Assembly: GCA_951406725.2 (NCBI GenBank)
Contig: OX597815.1
Coordinates: 5,022,001 to 5,086,000, forward strand
Origin: Octopus vulgaris
Lineage: Eukaryota
Length of the DNA: 64,000 bases
Reading direction: 5' to 3'
The notes under the pieces were generated by a model. The model saw nothing but the letters and a program-made list of their open reading frames with translations. It was not told where the DNA came from and made no database searches. Shown here one piece after another: positions 24,775 through 38,891 of this stretch; the first letter of the stretch is position 1; the number at the start of each line of letters is the position of its first letter. Position numbers and translations under genes: made by a program.

Positions 24775-25275
24775 AGCTTTAAAACATTGAAACTCTGTTC
24801 TGTCCAGCGCCGCCGTGAACGATGCATCATTTGCACGAAGTGGAGAAAACACAGCCAGCACTGCCCAATCGACCTCAACATTAGCTTCAAAATTTATCCA
24901 AAGCAAGGACCACGGGCCCTACGTCACCTATCCAATTCAGGATCACAACTTATAAATGCACTGCAACATAATTCCTTTTTCTCAAAAGGCCCTGCCATAT
25001 TTAACATTGTCCCGAAACAGATCAAAGAGGAAACGGATTCCATCACCTTTAATCGGAATCTGGACAAAATTCTTCAAGGAATACCAGATAAGCCACCTAT
25101 ACCTGGATACAACTCACTCAACAAGAACTCCCTACGCGAATGGGTCATGACAATACAAAACTTGACTTTAAAAGGTTTTAGCTAATCCTATCAGGTGGTG
25201 CTATTAAGTTAATCAGGGCCTGGACCAATCTTTGGTCGAAATATATCTAAGTTTTATCTAAGTTTTATCTAATAT
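24775..25275 (+). mobile_element. CR1/L2-group LINE 3' end
   Basis: LKLCSVQRRRER...NSFFSKGPAIFNIVP...FNRNLDKILQGIPD; tandem atctaagtttt tail. Confidence 0.75.
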
Positions 25276-25497
25276 CTGTTTCTATTTCTAAGACTATAAG
25301 GTGCATTTTACGGGAGATTTAGCTGCCATTTTTGTTAGGTTAAGGGACCACGTAGAGTCTCCCTTATTTGGCGGGTCACGTGTTTTTGGTACCTGTAAAT
25401 GACAATTTCTGCCTTTTTCCTTCTTAAGAGTGATCGATTAAATCGATTCTCAAAACTATTTGATATCGAAGAAAACAATGATTAGATGCATAAAAAG

Positions 25498-25539
<42 letters not shown>

Positions 25540-25733
25540 TCACCACCACCGCCACCACCACTATGATTGCCACAACTCATAACCTTCGCCACTACCATCA
25601 CCACCACCACCACCTCCACAGTTTCTCCATCACGATCACCCACAACTACCACCATCGCCGCCTCCACCAGCCGCCACCACCAACACCACTATCATCACCG
25701 CCACCATCACCATCACCGCCACCGTCACCTTCT

Positions 25734-25785
<52 letters not shown>

Positions 25786-25846
25786 CACGACGACGACGAC
25801 AACCACCACCACCACCACCACCACTACTACTACTACTACCACCATC

Positions 25847-25905
<59 letters not shown>

Positions 25906-25942
25906 CACCACCACCACCACCACCACCACCACCACCACCACC

Positions 25943-25973
<31 letters not shown>

Positions 25974-26155
25974 GTACTCTACTACTAGTACTCTACTACT
26001 AGTACTACTACTACTATTACTACTACCACCACCACCACCACCACCACCACCACCGCCACCATCACCATCACCGCCACCGTCATCTTCTCTACTACTACCA
26101 CCACCACCACCACCACCACCACCACCACCACCACCACCACCACCACCACCACCTC
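25540..26155. repeat. (ACC)n/(ACT)n compound array with a local ~45-bp duplication
   Basis: Seen directly; ccgccaccatcaccatcaccgccaccgtca occurs at ~25698 and ~26053. Confidence 0.9.
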
Positions 26156-26717
26156 AACAGCAACTAAATGAGATCCTAGTTTTCACATCTGTGTCGAGTT
26201 GTCTTTGAGGTGTTTCTTAGTTTGTTTTTTTCTCTCCTCTCTCATTAATTATCTCGGTTTCTAAAATGTATTTGTTAAAAGTTCATTTAAAAGAGATCAT
26301 TGTTTTTCCGTTTGTAGTCCATTGGTTTATTGACATTAACAACAACAACAACAACAACAAAAAAAAAAAACAAAAAAAAAAAATAACAAAAACAAAACCA
26401 AAAACGGTAAACGAACAATAAAAGAATTCTGTCGATAAATTCATATTAAAAATTACGATCAACAAATTCCGGTTTCAATTATTCATCCATTTTGTTTTCT
26501 AACACAATTAGCCGTAAAAATCTCACCTGCTCAAGAAATACCTTTTAATTTGTACACCCTCCACCTTTCATTCTCTCCTCTTTTGTTATTTCTTACTTTA
26601 AGAATTCTAAGGGTTTTAATGTTGTTAAGTTACTTTTGTTTCGAGGCGTGGGTGTGCGGTAAGTAACTTGCTTGCCAAATATAGTACCCCGGTTTCAATC
26701 CCAGTATATGTCATATT

Positions 26718-27293
26718 GTTTTCGACTCTAAGCACAAGACCCAAAATTTTTAGGAGGGGATTAGATAGATTAGATCGATCCCAGTACGCTACTGGTACTT
26801 AATTTATTGACCCCGAAAGGATGAAAGGGTAAAGTCGGTGGAATTTGAACTCAGAACGTAAAGACAGGCGAAATACCTATTTCTTTACTACCCTCCAGGG
26901 ACTAAACACAGAGAGGACAAACAAGGACAGACAAACAGATTAAGTCGATTATAACGACCCCAGTACGTAACTGGTACTTATTTAATCGACCCCGAAAGGA
27001 TGAAAGGCAAAGTCCACCTCGGCGGAATTTAAACTCAGAACGTAACGGCAGACGAAATACCTATTTCTTTATTACCCACAAGGGGCTAAACATAGAGGGG
27101 ACAAACATGGACAGACATAGGTATTAAGTCGATTATAGCAACCCCAGTGCGTAACTGGTACTTAATTTATCGACCCCGAAAGGATGAAAGGCAAAGTTGA
27201 CCTCGGCGGAATTTGAACTCAGAACGTAACGACAGACGAAATACCGCTAAGCATTTCGTCCAGCGTGCTAACATTTCTGCCTGCTCACCGCCT
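26718..27293 (-). mobile_element. SINE family B head-to-tail trimer
   Basis: One head, two core+tail A units and one core+tail B unit; ~185-bp period. Confidence 0.85.
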
Positions 27294-27336
27294 TCCAGTA
27301 TATGTCATATTGGACATCTACTCTTGCCTCGTGCCG

Positions 27337-27377
<41 letters not shown>

Positions 27378-27431
27378 AAGCCCTGTAAATGGATTTGGTA
27401 AGCGGAAACTTATAGAAGCCTGTAAGTATGT

Positions 27432-27532
<101 letters not shown>

Positions 27533-27996
27533 CAAGAAAAACAGACTGGGTAGGGAAAGAGGAAAGAATTTGAAACCGAGATACAGACTTGTGAAAACAG
27601 AGATTAGATGCTTATTTATGGCGCCAGAGATGGAAATCCATGTCCGCCTAAACATTACTCCCCGTTCAAAGACAGATGTCTACGCAGCTGATAATTTTGC
27701 AAGAATGATGCCTAAATGAAAGAAGGCGCTGCATCGGCGGCAGACATTTTCACACGATTTTCATTTGTTTTCGATTTCATGTGTGAAACGTAGAATAATT
27801 AAATAACACGTTTCTGTTGGTTTCATTTAAAATATAATTACATAATTAGACAGATTGATGAACTTATTGTAAAAAAACCCCCAAAAAACAGAATATTTTG
27901 ATTGTGTTTTGACTATAGATATGGAATAGGTTTTATATTTCCTTGAAAATGTCAATCTTCCTTGGGTTTTGGTTTTAAATAATGATGATGATGATG

Positions 27997-28075
<79 letters not shown>

Positions 28076-28406
28076 TAGCAATAGCAATAACATAAACAAC
28101 AACAACAATAATAATAATAATAATAATAAAATAGTGAGTAAAAATCTTGAGAAGTACATGGAACAAATACGAGCTGCAATAAGGGTGTAGCACTTGTAGA
28201 AAACAGCACTGCTTGAAACCGCTCGAATACTAGGGAGTGGTCGGTTGCATGGACTCCAATGTTTTACTGGTGCTTAATTCATCGACCCACAAAGGATGAA
28301 AGGCAATGTCGACCTTTGGCGGAATTTGAACTCAGAAGTAAAGACGGACGAAATACCGCAAGCATTTCGCCTGGCGCGCTAACGTTTCTGTCAACTCGCT
28401 GCCTTC

Positions 28407-28485
<79 letters not shown>

Positions 28486-28490
28486 CAACT

Positions 28491-28968
28491 AATCTTAACT
28501 GATTGGAAGTGTTATCATGTACATTGTTTTGTCTTGGTATAAAAGATGGGCTACAGCAAATATTCTGCTCAATACCCCCAAAATTTGCTTGTCAGTTGTT
28601 TGACCTTAACCAGTTGAGCATGTCCCTTAATGGCTGACGATGTGTGCATCTCTGATCACCAGTAGAAATAGTGGGGAGCATCATAGCCATGTGATGAAAG
28701 GAATTCTTTGGGGTTTGGATAATTCCCCTCTGGAAACATGGATCTTTTGAACGGAATGGGCTACTCAACCCGAAGAAAATTATAACTGGGGCCCCACCTG
28801 CAAGGTCATGCGCTGTTTATCTTGATATGAGATCAGCATGTCGTGCACATATGGTTGTGATGCATGTGCCTGGTGTACCTTTATCAGACAGGTAGTCATG
28901 ATGGGTATATTGGGCTTCGTATATTTTACCCCAGTGTCACTTTGATGGTAAGCACTGCTCTCTCACGC
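28491..28968 (+). mobile_element. Copy of the unclassified ~555-bp repeat
   Basis: Reverse complement of 3025-3535 with an internal deletion. Confidence 0.75.
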
Positions 28969-28970
28969 AA

Positions 28971-29048
<78 letters not shown>

Positions 29049-29384
29049 CACTACTACTACTACTAATCATTATAATAGTAATGTGTTTCCTTGAAAATAC
29101 ATCTTAAATTATTTTTATCATGTATCTACATGATTATCCAATGTACTCCCCCTTCAAAAATAAAATAAAAAGTAGTGTGTAATTTGAGGGAAACTTTGGT
29201 TTCTTGTTCTAGCAAGCTGAGTGCCTATTCAGTCTTTCAATGTGTCCTTCCCTGTTTTTAAGACTGTAAGGCGTGATTTGAGAGACATTTGGCTGCGGTT
29301 TCGACGTGGCACGTAGAAGCGCCGTCGCTACTGCGTCAAGCATTCTCGCTATTTATCAATACAATTCTTTTATTCTTGTATTCT

Positions 29385-29700
29385 TGTATTCCTTTCAGTC
29401 ATTTGACTGTGGCCATGCTAGAGCACCGCCTTTAGTCGAGCAAATCGACTCCAGGACGTAAGCACACCAACATCGGTTGTCAAGCGTGTTTTGTCTGTGT
29501 GTGTGTGGGGGGACAAACACAGACACAAACATACATAACATGTATATATACGACGGGCATCTTTCGGTTTCCGTCTATGAAATCCACTCACAAGCCTTTA
29601 GGTAGCTCGAGGCTATAGTAAAAAACATTTGTCCCAGGTGGGACTGAACTCAGAGCCATGTGATAGGGAAGCAAACTTCTTACAAAAAATCCACACCTTC
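29385..29700 (-). mobile_element. SINE family A (internally deleted, diverged)
   Basis: Both halves are recognisable. Confidence 0.7.
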
Positions 29701-29961
29701 GCCTTGCATGTAAAATTCGATAGATGGAAACTGTGTGGAAACCTGTCCATAGGAGGGATCTTTGTTGGTTTAACACGTTACCTTTCACCTCTGGGTCTCA
29801 GAAAATATTATGATGCAAGGATTCGAACCAGGTCTCCAGATTAAAAGTAAATTCCTCCCTGCCTTCCTCTCTACCAGTCTCAGGAACCACGAAACGGGCC
29901 ATGGGTTCTCCTGTTGTTTGATTAAACAATTAAGATAAATTTATATGGTAATGTCATATAT

Positions 29962-30315
29962 GCGGCGAGCTGGCAGAATCGTTAGCACGCCGGGCGAAAT
30001 GCGTAGCCGTATTTCGTCTGCCGTTACGTTCTGAGTTCAAATTTCGCCGAGGTCGACTTTGTCTTTCATCTTTTCGGGGTCGATAAATTAAGTACCAGTT
30101 ACGCACTGGGGTCGATATAATCGACTTAATCCGTTTGTCTGTCCTTGTTTGTCCCCTCTGTGTTTAGCCCCTTGTGGGTAGTAAAGAAATAGGTATTTCG
30201 TCTGTCTTTATGTTCTGAGTTCAAATTCCGCCGAGGTCGACTTTGCCTTTCATCCTTTCGGGGTCGATAAATTAAGTACCAGTTGCGTCGGAGCTTGTGC
30301 CTAGAGTATAAAAGA
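29962..30315 (+). mobile_element. SINE family B dimer
   Basis: Junction gtagtaaagaaata|ggtatttcgtctg at ~30190. Confidence 0.85.
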
Positions 30316-30886
30316 AAGGCGGGGAGCGGGAAGAATCGCTACTGCGCAGGATAAAATGCTTAGCAGGCACCTGCCCTTCGCTCTAATGCTTGCAACAGAA
30401 TGAACTCTGCCAAAGGCCTCCAACGTGGTAGATAGCGATTTTAGCAATTCAATGATTGTCTATATTGTAAAACCTGAATTGTTTGAAATGGTATTCATTC
30501 ATAGTTGTTTCGATGTTGCAGAAATGTCCTCCTTTGTTACGTAATGTACAAAAATCATTGATTGAGATATGACGTTTGGAATTATCATTTTCCGATTGAC
30601 CATTTGTTTAAATGATGACCATTAATGGAGCCGCTACTTGACCCTCACTCAGATAGTTTTGTAATGTTCGTGTGTGGTTCTTATTGCTATTAAGCATCAC
30701 AAAAAAATCACGCTTTATATCTTTACACCGATGATCCGTGTGGGATCTTTGTCGTTTATTATAATTGCATACCAACTGGTACTAGTTGTTACCTGTTGTA
30801 ACCTGTTCTAGTAACCTGTTACTACTTCCTGTAACTCGTTGTTACCTGTTGTTGTTATCTGTTGATGTCTGTTTCAACCTGTTTTA

Positions 30887-31533
30887 ACTTTGTAGTAAAG
30901 ATTGTTTGCCAACATAACATGGCAGTCCTGGTTTAGAACGAATGTTGCTGTAATTTAGCGCCAGGGGACATCGTCTCCAGCTGGCTATACGACAGGATTT
31001 GTGTCCTTATATTTTCGAACAAGGGAATCTAGTACCACAACTCAGCTCAAAACAATATCTGTGTATCGCGATTTCTGGGTAAATCGCGATACACAGATAT
31101 TGTTTTGAGCTGAGTTAGATTCCCTTTTTCCCATGGGTGTTAGATTCCCTTATTCAAAAAAATACAAGGACACAGATCGTGTCGTATATATTTCTTTACT
31201 ACCCACAAGGGGCTAAACACACAGGGGACAAACAAGGCCAGACAAACGGATTAAGTCGATTATATCGAACCCCAGTGCGTAACTGGTACTTAATTTATCG
31301 ACCCCGAAAGGATGAAAGGCAAAGTCGACCACGGCGGAATTTGAACTAGAACGTAACGGCAGACGAAGTACGGCTACGCATTTCGCCCGGTGTGCTAACA
31401 TTTCCGACAGCTCGCCGCCAGATCGTGTCGTATAGCCAGCTGGAGACGATGTCTCCTGGGGCTAAATTACAGCAACATTCGTCCTAAACCAGGACTGCCA
31501 TGTTATGTTGGCAAACAATCTTTACTACAAAGT
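30887..31533. mobile_element. Foldback/MITE-like element with ~145-bp inverted arms, a perfect central hairpin and a nested SINE
   Basis: actttgtagtaaagattgtttgccaacataacatggcag... and its reverse complement ending at 31533; central perfect 36-bp stem at 31039-31116. Confidence 0.8.
31189..31418 (-). mobile_element. SINE family B monomer with 16-bp TSD
   Basis: TSD cagatcgtgtcgtata at 31173-31188 and 31419-31434. Confidence 0.9.
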
Positions 31534-31596
31534 ACTGTTGCTGAATATCTCTCGTGAAATTTTAAAAATATTAATTTTCTGTTCTAACTTGTTATA

Positions 31597-32148
31597 CAGG
31601 GTCAGGCAAAATGATCTGACACATTTGTAGGTTAAATAAAAGGCAAATGAAGTGAAGAAACAAAAAAGTGTTTTTATTTTTGAAAAGTACATATAATGCC
31701 ATTTTGTTTTATTATGTTTTAAAAATTAAATCAGTCAAATGGGATCCATTATTGTCCACACACTGTCGAAGGCGTTCACGAAAGTTGTCAATAACTCGGC
31801 GGGTCATTTCATGTGGAATGGCAGTAATTTCTTGACGAATTGCATCTTTAAGTTCTGGCGGTGCGAGGTCGGCCGGTTGATTTTCGTTTCAATGTAGATC
31901 CAGTAGCTCTGAAGTTGGTAACCCATAACAAGATCGTGTTTCGAGCTGGTACGGGATCATGTCCACCAAGATTGAAGTGCAAACGGAACGCTCTTTGTGT
32001 TGCAGTTACAGAATCGTTTGTTTTGATAAACGTTTCCACAATGAAAGCGCGATGCTCACCAGTCCAATTCATGACAGCAACTGAAAAAGAAACGAATAAC
32101 AATGCCTTTTATTTAACCTACAAATGTGTCAGATCATTTTGCCTGACC
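31597..32148 (-). mobile_element. Internally deleted Tc1/mariner-superfamily transposon
   Basis: ~48-bp TIRs (ggtcaggcaaaatgatctgacacatttgtaggttaaataaaaggca). N-terminal HTH MNWTGEHRAFIVETF...TQRAFR...GRPRT is joined to C-terminal LKDAIRQEI...RLRQCVDNNGSHL; the catalytic DDD/E core is missing. Confidence 0.85.
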
Positions 32149-32164
32149 AAATTTTCTTCTAGCA

Positions 32165-32412
32165 GTTAGTCATCGTGACTGAGACTGCTGGTGGCTTTGA
32201 CTTGACAAACTTTCTCCATTGTTTGAGTTTGCCATTTGTTATGACCAGTGCCTTTTCAATTCAAATTCCTTTTTGCAATATCTTCGAATCTCAGTCCAGG
32301 TTTTCCATGGTTTCTTTTACTCTTCGCATAGTTGGGAGACTCTGCTGTTGCCCACCCCATGTACGGCTCCCAACCAACGTAAATTTTTATCAACGAAGAT
32401 TTCTTCAATCCT
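32165..32412 (-). mobile_element. RTE LINE 3' fragment
   Basis: NLRWLGAVH...GKPGLRFEDIAKRNL. Confidence 0.65.
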
Positions 32413-32500
32413 GTTCTAACCTGTCATAACCGGTTGTAACAATTAACTGCAATGAACGGTATCATATGCTGCTGTGAGATCAACAGCAACAACAACAGAG

Positions 32501-32680
32501 TGGAGGCGCAATGGCCCAGTGGTTAGGGCAGCGGAATCGCGGTCGTAAGAACGCAGTTTCGATTCCCAGACCGGGCATTTGAGCAAAGACACCTAAGCTC
32601 CATAGGGCTTCGGCGGGGGTAAGGGGTGGTGAATCCCGCTGTACTCTTCCACCACAACTTTCTCTCACTCTTTTTTCCTA
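32501..32680 (+). mobile_element. tRNA-derived SINE family D, truncated
   Basis: tggaggcgcaatggcccagtggttagggcagcgg head. Confidence 0.75.
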
Positions 32681-33353
32681 CTTCTGCCACAAAACAAAGG
32701 CACCATGGTGTAAACCACTATGGTGTGGTAAACTTTCAGACCCTAGTCTAGATTGCGAATCCTCTGTACCCCAGGATGGTTCAGCTCTCCACTCATTAAA
32801 AGCAACCATTTACAGAATGAGGATAACAACGTAGCTTTCGCGCCCGTGCAACCGCCAGTCTATCGCGTGTGGTGGGTGGATCTTGAACTTGCCACACGCA
32901 TTCTTAGTAGCTTAGAGGAGGCTCGAATTAGAGATTATTCTTTGTGGCTAATGGCGTGAGTCCTGATTGGAAGAAGAAGAAGAAGAAGAAGAAGAAGAAG
33001 AAGAAGAAGAAGAAGAAGAAGAAGAAGAAGAAGAAGAAGAAGAAAACAGCAGAGAAAAAAACATGTTTCTGTAACTTTTGGTAACAATTTGTTGACAGCG
33101 TTTTTTAATTTACATTTCATCCTTTGTTTTGTGAGAGTAATCAAACAAATAAACTTCATTAATTATAATTCTTCCCAAATATAACAATATTAGTCTTCAT
33201 ACACGGTTCCACATCAAAATTCTTGCCGAACAAACTCAAAATGGAAGGGCATGTTTTTTGTAACTTTTTTTTTACCAAACATAACAACCAATGCGATTCC
33301 ACTTGCTAACCCTAATCTCATCTTTGCAAAGATGAATTATTCAAACCTCAAAC

Positions 33354-33595
33354 CACATGGCTATGATGCTCCCCCACCACTTCTGCTCGTGATCAGAGAT
33401 GCACATATTGTCAGCCACTAAGGGACATGCTCAACTAGTTAAGGTCAAACAACTGACAAGCAAATCTGTGGTATTGAGCAGAATATTTGCTGTAGCCCAT
33501 CTTTTATACCAAGACAAAACAATGTACATGATAACACTTCCAATTAGTTAAGATCAGAAGTCATGAGAGCCGCTGCCTGGTACTGCATCAGGGCA
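33354..33595 (-). mobile_element. Partial copy of the unclassified ~555-bp repeat
   Basis: Matches 3334-3576; abuts (TTA)n. Confidence 0.75.
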
Positions 33596-33638
33596 TTTAT
33601 TATTATTATTATTATTATTATTGTTGTTGTTGTTATTG

Positions 33639-33688
<50 letters not shown>

Positions 33689-33799
33689 CATTGGTAGACC
33701 ATTAAAACAAGTACACCAGATTGTTCATTTTCGGAGTCATGTGATAGAGAAAAAGAGGAATATCATTATTATTCCTTCGTAACACAGTGTAGGTAAAAA

Positions 33800-34185
33800 T
33801 GGAGGCGCAATGGCCCAGTGGTTAGGGCAGCGGACTCGCGGTCATAGGGTCGCGGTTTCGATTTCCAGACCGGGCGTTGTGAGTGTTTATTGAGCGAAAA
33901 CACCTAAAGCTCCACGAGGCTCCGGCAGGGGATGGTGGTGATCCCTGCTGTATTCTTTCACCACAACTTTCTCTCACTCTTACTTCCTGTTTCTGTTGTA
34001 CCTGTATTTCAAAGGGCCGGCCTTGTCACTCTCTGTGTCACGCTGAATATCCCCGAGAACTACGTTAAGGGTACACGTGTCTGTGGAGTGCTCAGCCACT
34101 TACACGTTAATTTCACGCGCAGGCTGTTCCGTTGATTCGGATCAACCGGGACCCTCGTCGTCGCAACCGACGGAGTGCTTCCACC
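33800..34185 (+). mobile_element. SINE family D, tail type 3
   Basis: tRNA-like head; tail tgtacctgtatttcaaagggccggccttgtcac... Confidence 0.8.
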
Positions 34186-34561
34186 ACAGGTAAAAATGCA
34201 CCGGAGTCTTTAGTCATCCGTCAAGCTACATCAAGGACCTCAGACAGATAATGTTTTCCTTGAGATGTGCGCTGTGCCCAATAAGGGCCGCTTTTTGCAA
34301 GACATCAATTGCGCTGATTAGGGTTCTTCTTCATGACCGGAAAATATTCACCTTTGACCTCTTCCATTAATTTGTGTAAATCCCGAATGAAACTCGCGAG
34401 TGTTTGTGATGGACAACGAAGGCTGATGCTACAATTACAATCTTCTTCGAACGCCCTCGTCTGATGACAATGGCTGTGTGATAAGACGCTCGTTTCCGAT
34501 CCACATGGTTCCGGGTTCACTCCCACTGCGTGGCACCTTGGGCTACTGTCTTCACACGAGG

Positions 34562-34632
<71 letters not shown>

Positions 34633-34898
34633 AGTTCAGCAAAATTTAGTTTCAGATGAATATAGTACTTAAGTTAAAGGCACCAGAATGTTGTATGGTT
34701 TTATCGATATAAATCAATATATATCATATATATATATATATATATATATAGTAGTATAGGCGTATAAAGGTTGAGTGTAGGTTCGTCCTTTAATTTTTGA
34801 GGTTTCCAAGAGAGTTTTCTAATGTTGGTTCTTCATATTTTACTGGTAGTTTACAGGCGTAAATTTGCAAAGATATGAAAGTAATACTTGTATATGAT

Positions 34899-35082
34899 GT
34901 GTTGTGAATTTATGGAAAGAAGTCCCATAAAATTAATCAATTTATTTAAAAATGGAGGAGAGAAATTGTTAAAATATATAAGAATTTTAATTAAACTTCT
35001 TACATATTTTAACAATTTATCTCCTCCATTTTTGAATAAATTGATTAATTTTATGGAACACCTTTCCATAAATTAACAATAC
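34899..35082. repeat. ~185-bp AT-rich near-perfect palindrome
   Basis: Arms of ~88 bp centred on ttaattaa at ~34991. Confidence 0.85.
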
Positions 35083-35139
35083 TTTATATATATGTGTGTG
35101 TGTGTGTGTATGTGTGTATGTGTGTGTGCGTGCGCGTGT

Positions 35140-35345
35140 TTGTGTCTGTGTTTGTCCCCCACCACTATTGCTTGACAACCGATGTTGGTGAGTTTACGTT
35201 CCCGTAACTTAACGGTTCGGCAATAGAAACCGATAGAATAAGTACCAGGCTTACAAAGAACAAGTGCCGGGATCGATTTGTTCAACTAAAGGCGGTGCTC
35301 CGGCTTGGCCTCAGTGAAATGACTGAAACAAATAAAAGAATAAAA
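35140..35345 (+). mobile_element. SINE family A, 3' half
   Basis: ttgtcccc...gcttgacaaccgatg...tgactgaaacaa. Confidence 0.75.
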
Positions 35346-35783
35346 ATGAGTGTAGTTGATAAAATCTTTCTCATTCCCTGATAATTAATTATTTTATCGA
35401 TCCAGAAGGTATGAAAGGTGAGTTCGATCCCAGCAGGTTCCAGAATCAAATACCGAAACCCATTTTGCCGGATGCTCTACCGATTCTGCTATTCCCTGCA
35501 ACTTATTCGAATTAAATAATGAGGGTTTCTAATTTAGGTACCTGGCTTGAAAGGAAGGGCTTAATCAATACTATTGATCTCCATATTTGACTGGTACTTG
35601 AGTGTATCGACCCCTGAAGGATGAAAGGCATAGGCGGCTTGAGCGGAATTTGAACGTAGAAAGTAAAGAGAGGGAACATATACCGTAAAGCATCTTACCT
35701 GACGCCCTAAAGATTTTTTCGATTCGTCACCCTTACTACCACCACCATCACCACCACCACCACCACCACCACCACCACCACCG

Positions 35784-35866
<83 letters not shown>

Positions 35867-35879
35867 TTATGGTCAAAAT

Positions 35880-36529
35880 TATGACCAAAATCTTGGACAA
35901 AACGGTGAAACCGTATGGCATATTACCAGCCAATGTACGCCACTAGCCCAGAAGGAATATAAGAGACGCCACGACAATATAGCAAAGCTTGTCCATTGGA
36001 CACTTTGCAACAAGTATGGACTTGACAGAGCAAAAAATTGGTACGACCACAAACCTGAAGGCATCATCGAAAATGATAATGCAAAGATCCTATGGGATTT
36101 TATGATTCAGTGCGACCATGAGATTGCGAATAGGAAGCCGGACATAGTCTTAATTGAGAAAGAAAATAAACTATGCTGGATCATAGACATAGCATGCCCA
36201 GCTGACAACAAGGTATGCGATAAGGAAGAAAAAAAGTCGAGAGATATGACAGGTTAGCTTGGGGAGTTAAGCAGTTGTGGTCGATGAAAAAGGTGGTACT
36301 GGTACCAATAATTGTCGTATCCCTGGGAACACGGAGCAAAAATCTCGATAAGTACATGGAACAAATAGGGGGTTTCAATAAGGGTGGAGCACTTGCAGAA
36401 AACAGCACTGGTTGGAACCGCTCGAATACTCCGGAAGGTGCTCGAAAAATAAGAGGTGTTACCTTAGTTCACTGGTAGTGAACAGCTGACACCGTAGTAC
36501 ATCTCCAGCGTTAGAAGCTGTGCAAAGGC

Positions 36530-36530
<1 letters not shown>
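35880..36530 (+). mobile_element. RLE-type (R4/Dong-like) LINE 3' fragment flanked by (TAA)n
   Basis: ETVWHITSQC...YKRRHD...ILWDFMIQCDHEIANRKPDIVLI...IIDIACP (zinc knuckle plus PD-D endonuclease); (TAA)n on both sides. Confidence 0.85.
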
Positions 36531-36592
<62 letters not shown>

Positions 36593-36620
36593 GATGAGGA
36601 TGATGATGATGATGATGATG

Positions 36621-36731
<111 letters not shown>

Positions 36732-37192
36732 GTTCCTAATAAATCTACAAAAGCTATGAACCAGTGGCGAGGAAGGTGTTTATCAGTTATGGAAATCTCA
36801 GTACCTGATTGGTATTTTGTATTATCGATCACGAGAGGATGAAAGGCAAAGTTGATCTCGACAGATTTTGTACTCAGAACGTAAAGAGACGTAATTAAAA
36901 GAGGAAAACTAACAAAGCATTGTGTCCGATGCTCCACCGATTGTGTCAACCCAGATATGGATGTGGTCAATAAAATTGCTTCAGTAGTCGAATTGTTGGA
37001 CTGTAATCACTATGGAAATTCATTAAACTATGTCTGATCATTTAAAATCAGTCACACAAATCAATATTCGGAAAACATAAAATTGTATTTTAGGAACAGA
37101 GTTTGTCGAGTCCTCTTATTAATGAAGTGATTTTTCCGGCCGGTTGGCCTAGATTCCCGTTACAAAGATTTCAATGATGTCCTCTTCTCAAA

Positions 37193-37610
37193 TCTATACA
37201 TATAAAGCTGAAAGCCTTCAACTAACACTATCTCCTCCAAGACCCTGCGGTGCAAGTTGACCAAAATTGAGAGTATGATAGAAGAAGGCTTGCTCTTCCT
37301 TCCGTAGAAGAAAAAATTCAAATCAGACCATGTTAACACCAAAAATTATTTACATCAAAAAGGTGCTTTTTTTCTATGAAAACCCCTATTTTTTTACGAT
37401 TTTTTTTACTGCTGTCTCGCCATTTTTCGGTGTATTTCAACCAGAAAAATGTTCACTTAAAGAGAATAACAAGCTACATAATGCAAAATTTTTACTTTTC
37501 AAAAAAGATTGAAACTATGTCAAAACTTTGTTAACGCGACATCAAAGTCTGCCGTTTTAAGCGCAACTAAAAAACAAACAAATCCGAGCAACGCCGGGCT
37601 ATACTGCTAG
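37193..37610 (+). mobile_element. Non-autonomous Helitron H2, both termini intact
   Basis: A|TCTATACATATAAAG ... ccgagcaacgccgggctatactgCTAG|T. Confidence 0.9.
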
Positions 37611-38344
37611 TATTCTTATAGTTTGGTAAATTACGTTATCATAGATGAGTGTTTGTTGTGTAGGAGTATGTTTTTCGTGAAGCGAACCAGGGATTGGGTT
37701 TCGATTCCGGATCGACGCAATTGTTAAAAGATATTTTAACAAAATACCTCGACCTTTCCAGTAACCCTTCAAAAGATCTCATTCTTCCTGCCCACCCATG
37801 TACTGTAATAGGAGCCTACTGTATACCACGATAGACACTGTTGCATGTTATAAGTTAGAACCAAATAAAGAACATGGACATTTTAAATGTTAATGTGACA
37901 GCGAGTTTCTATATAATTAATGGCGACAGTAGCCGTATTAATGCCAAAAGGTGATATTTATCGCCCACTCAACGCGGATGTTGTGTTAGAACAGACTATA
38001 CTGCATTATTTACTACGAGGTAAATATGGACTCGTGGCGCATAGAAGCACTCGTGTTTACACGCACACACACACATATTAGCCAGTCTAAAGGTTACAAA
38101 TCATTGGCGGAAGATCTTGTTGATTCAGTTAATTGTTGTACAAGACTAGTATTTATTTTAACGACTAGAAAAGTGGCTAAAAATAAAGCCTGTTCTGGTG
38201 GGATTCGAACTCTGGATGCGAGCGGAAATAAATAACTGATAAAATCCTTTAAGTGTATGAAAGCATTGTAACGTTGCACTCCACAGGACAACTCCATACC
38301 ATAAAATATGTAGTTAGCATTGTATAATATAATCTTCGCGTTAA

Positions 38345-38547
38345 GTCTGATGTTGGGTGGAGGGGCAAACACAAACACATACATACACGACAAACTTCTT
38401 TCAGTTTCCGTCTACCAAATCCACTCTCAAGGCTTTGGTCGGCCTGAGGCTATAGTAAAAGACACTTGCCCAAGGTGCCACACAATGGGACTGAACCCGG
38501 AACCATGTGGTTAGTAAGCATGCTACTTACCACACAGCCACTCCTGT
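38345..38547 (-). mobile_element. SINE family A, 5' part
   Basis: Reverse complement of the head. Confidence 0.75.
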
Positions 38548-38891
38548 GCTCTGGTAATTCTTTGCTGGAAGATGATCCTGAACAGAAATAATAAACCCTC
38601 CGTTGTCCGGTTTGTGACCAAAGCACGTCACTCATTAAAGGGTGGAGGGTTCGATGTACACCAGGGTCACCGACTCTCGTCCTGTTATTTGTCATTCTGT
38701 GGTTTTTCCCTTCCATTTCTTCTTCGTGTATGTTTCCGCTATATTTTGTCACATCACACACATCATTGTTATCCTCATATTTTTTTAACGTCGGTATTTT
38801 TACATCCACGAACAGTAAAGCTACGAAGTGTTCTTTTTTATTTTAATACTACAATCTGATGATAGATTCTTTTTATCTCCACTTTTATTTC

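Noticed and set aside
26718-27293. CRISPR-like repeat array
   Set aside because: The units are ~185-bp SINE monomers without unique spacers, in a eukaryotic context.
33800-33875. tRNA genes at SINE heads (also 41902, 49455, 50739, 55210)
   Set aside because: No complete cloverleaf or acceptor stem; each continues into a SINE body.
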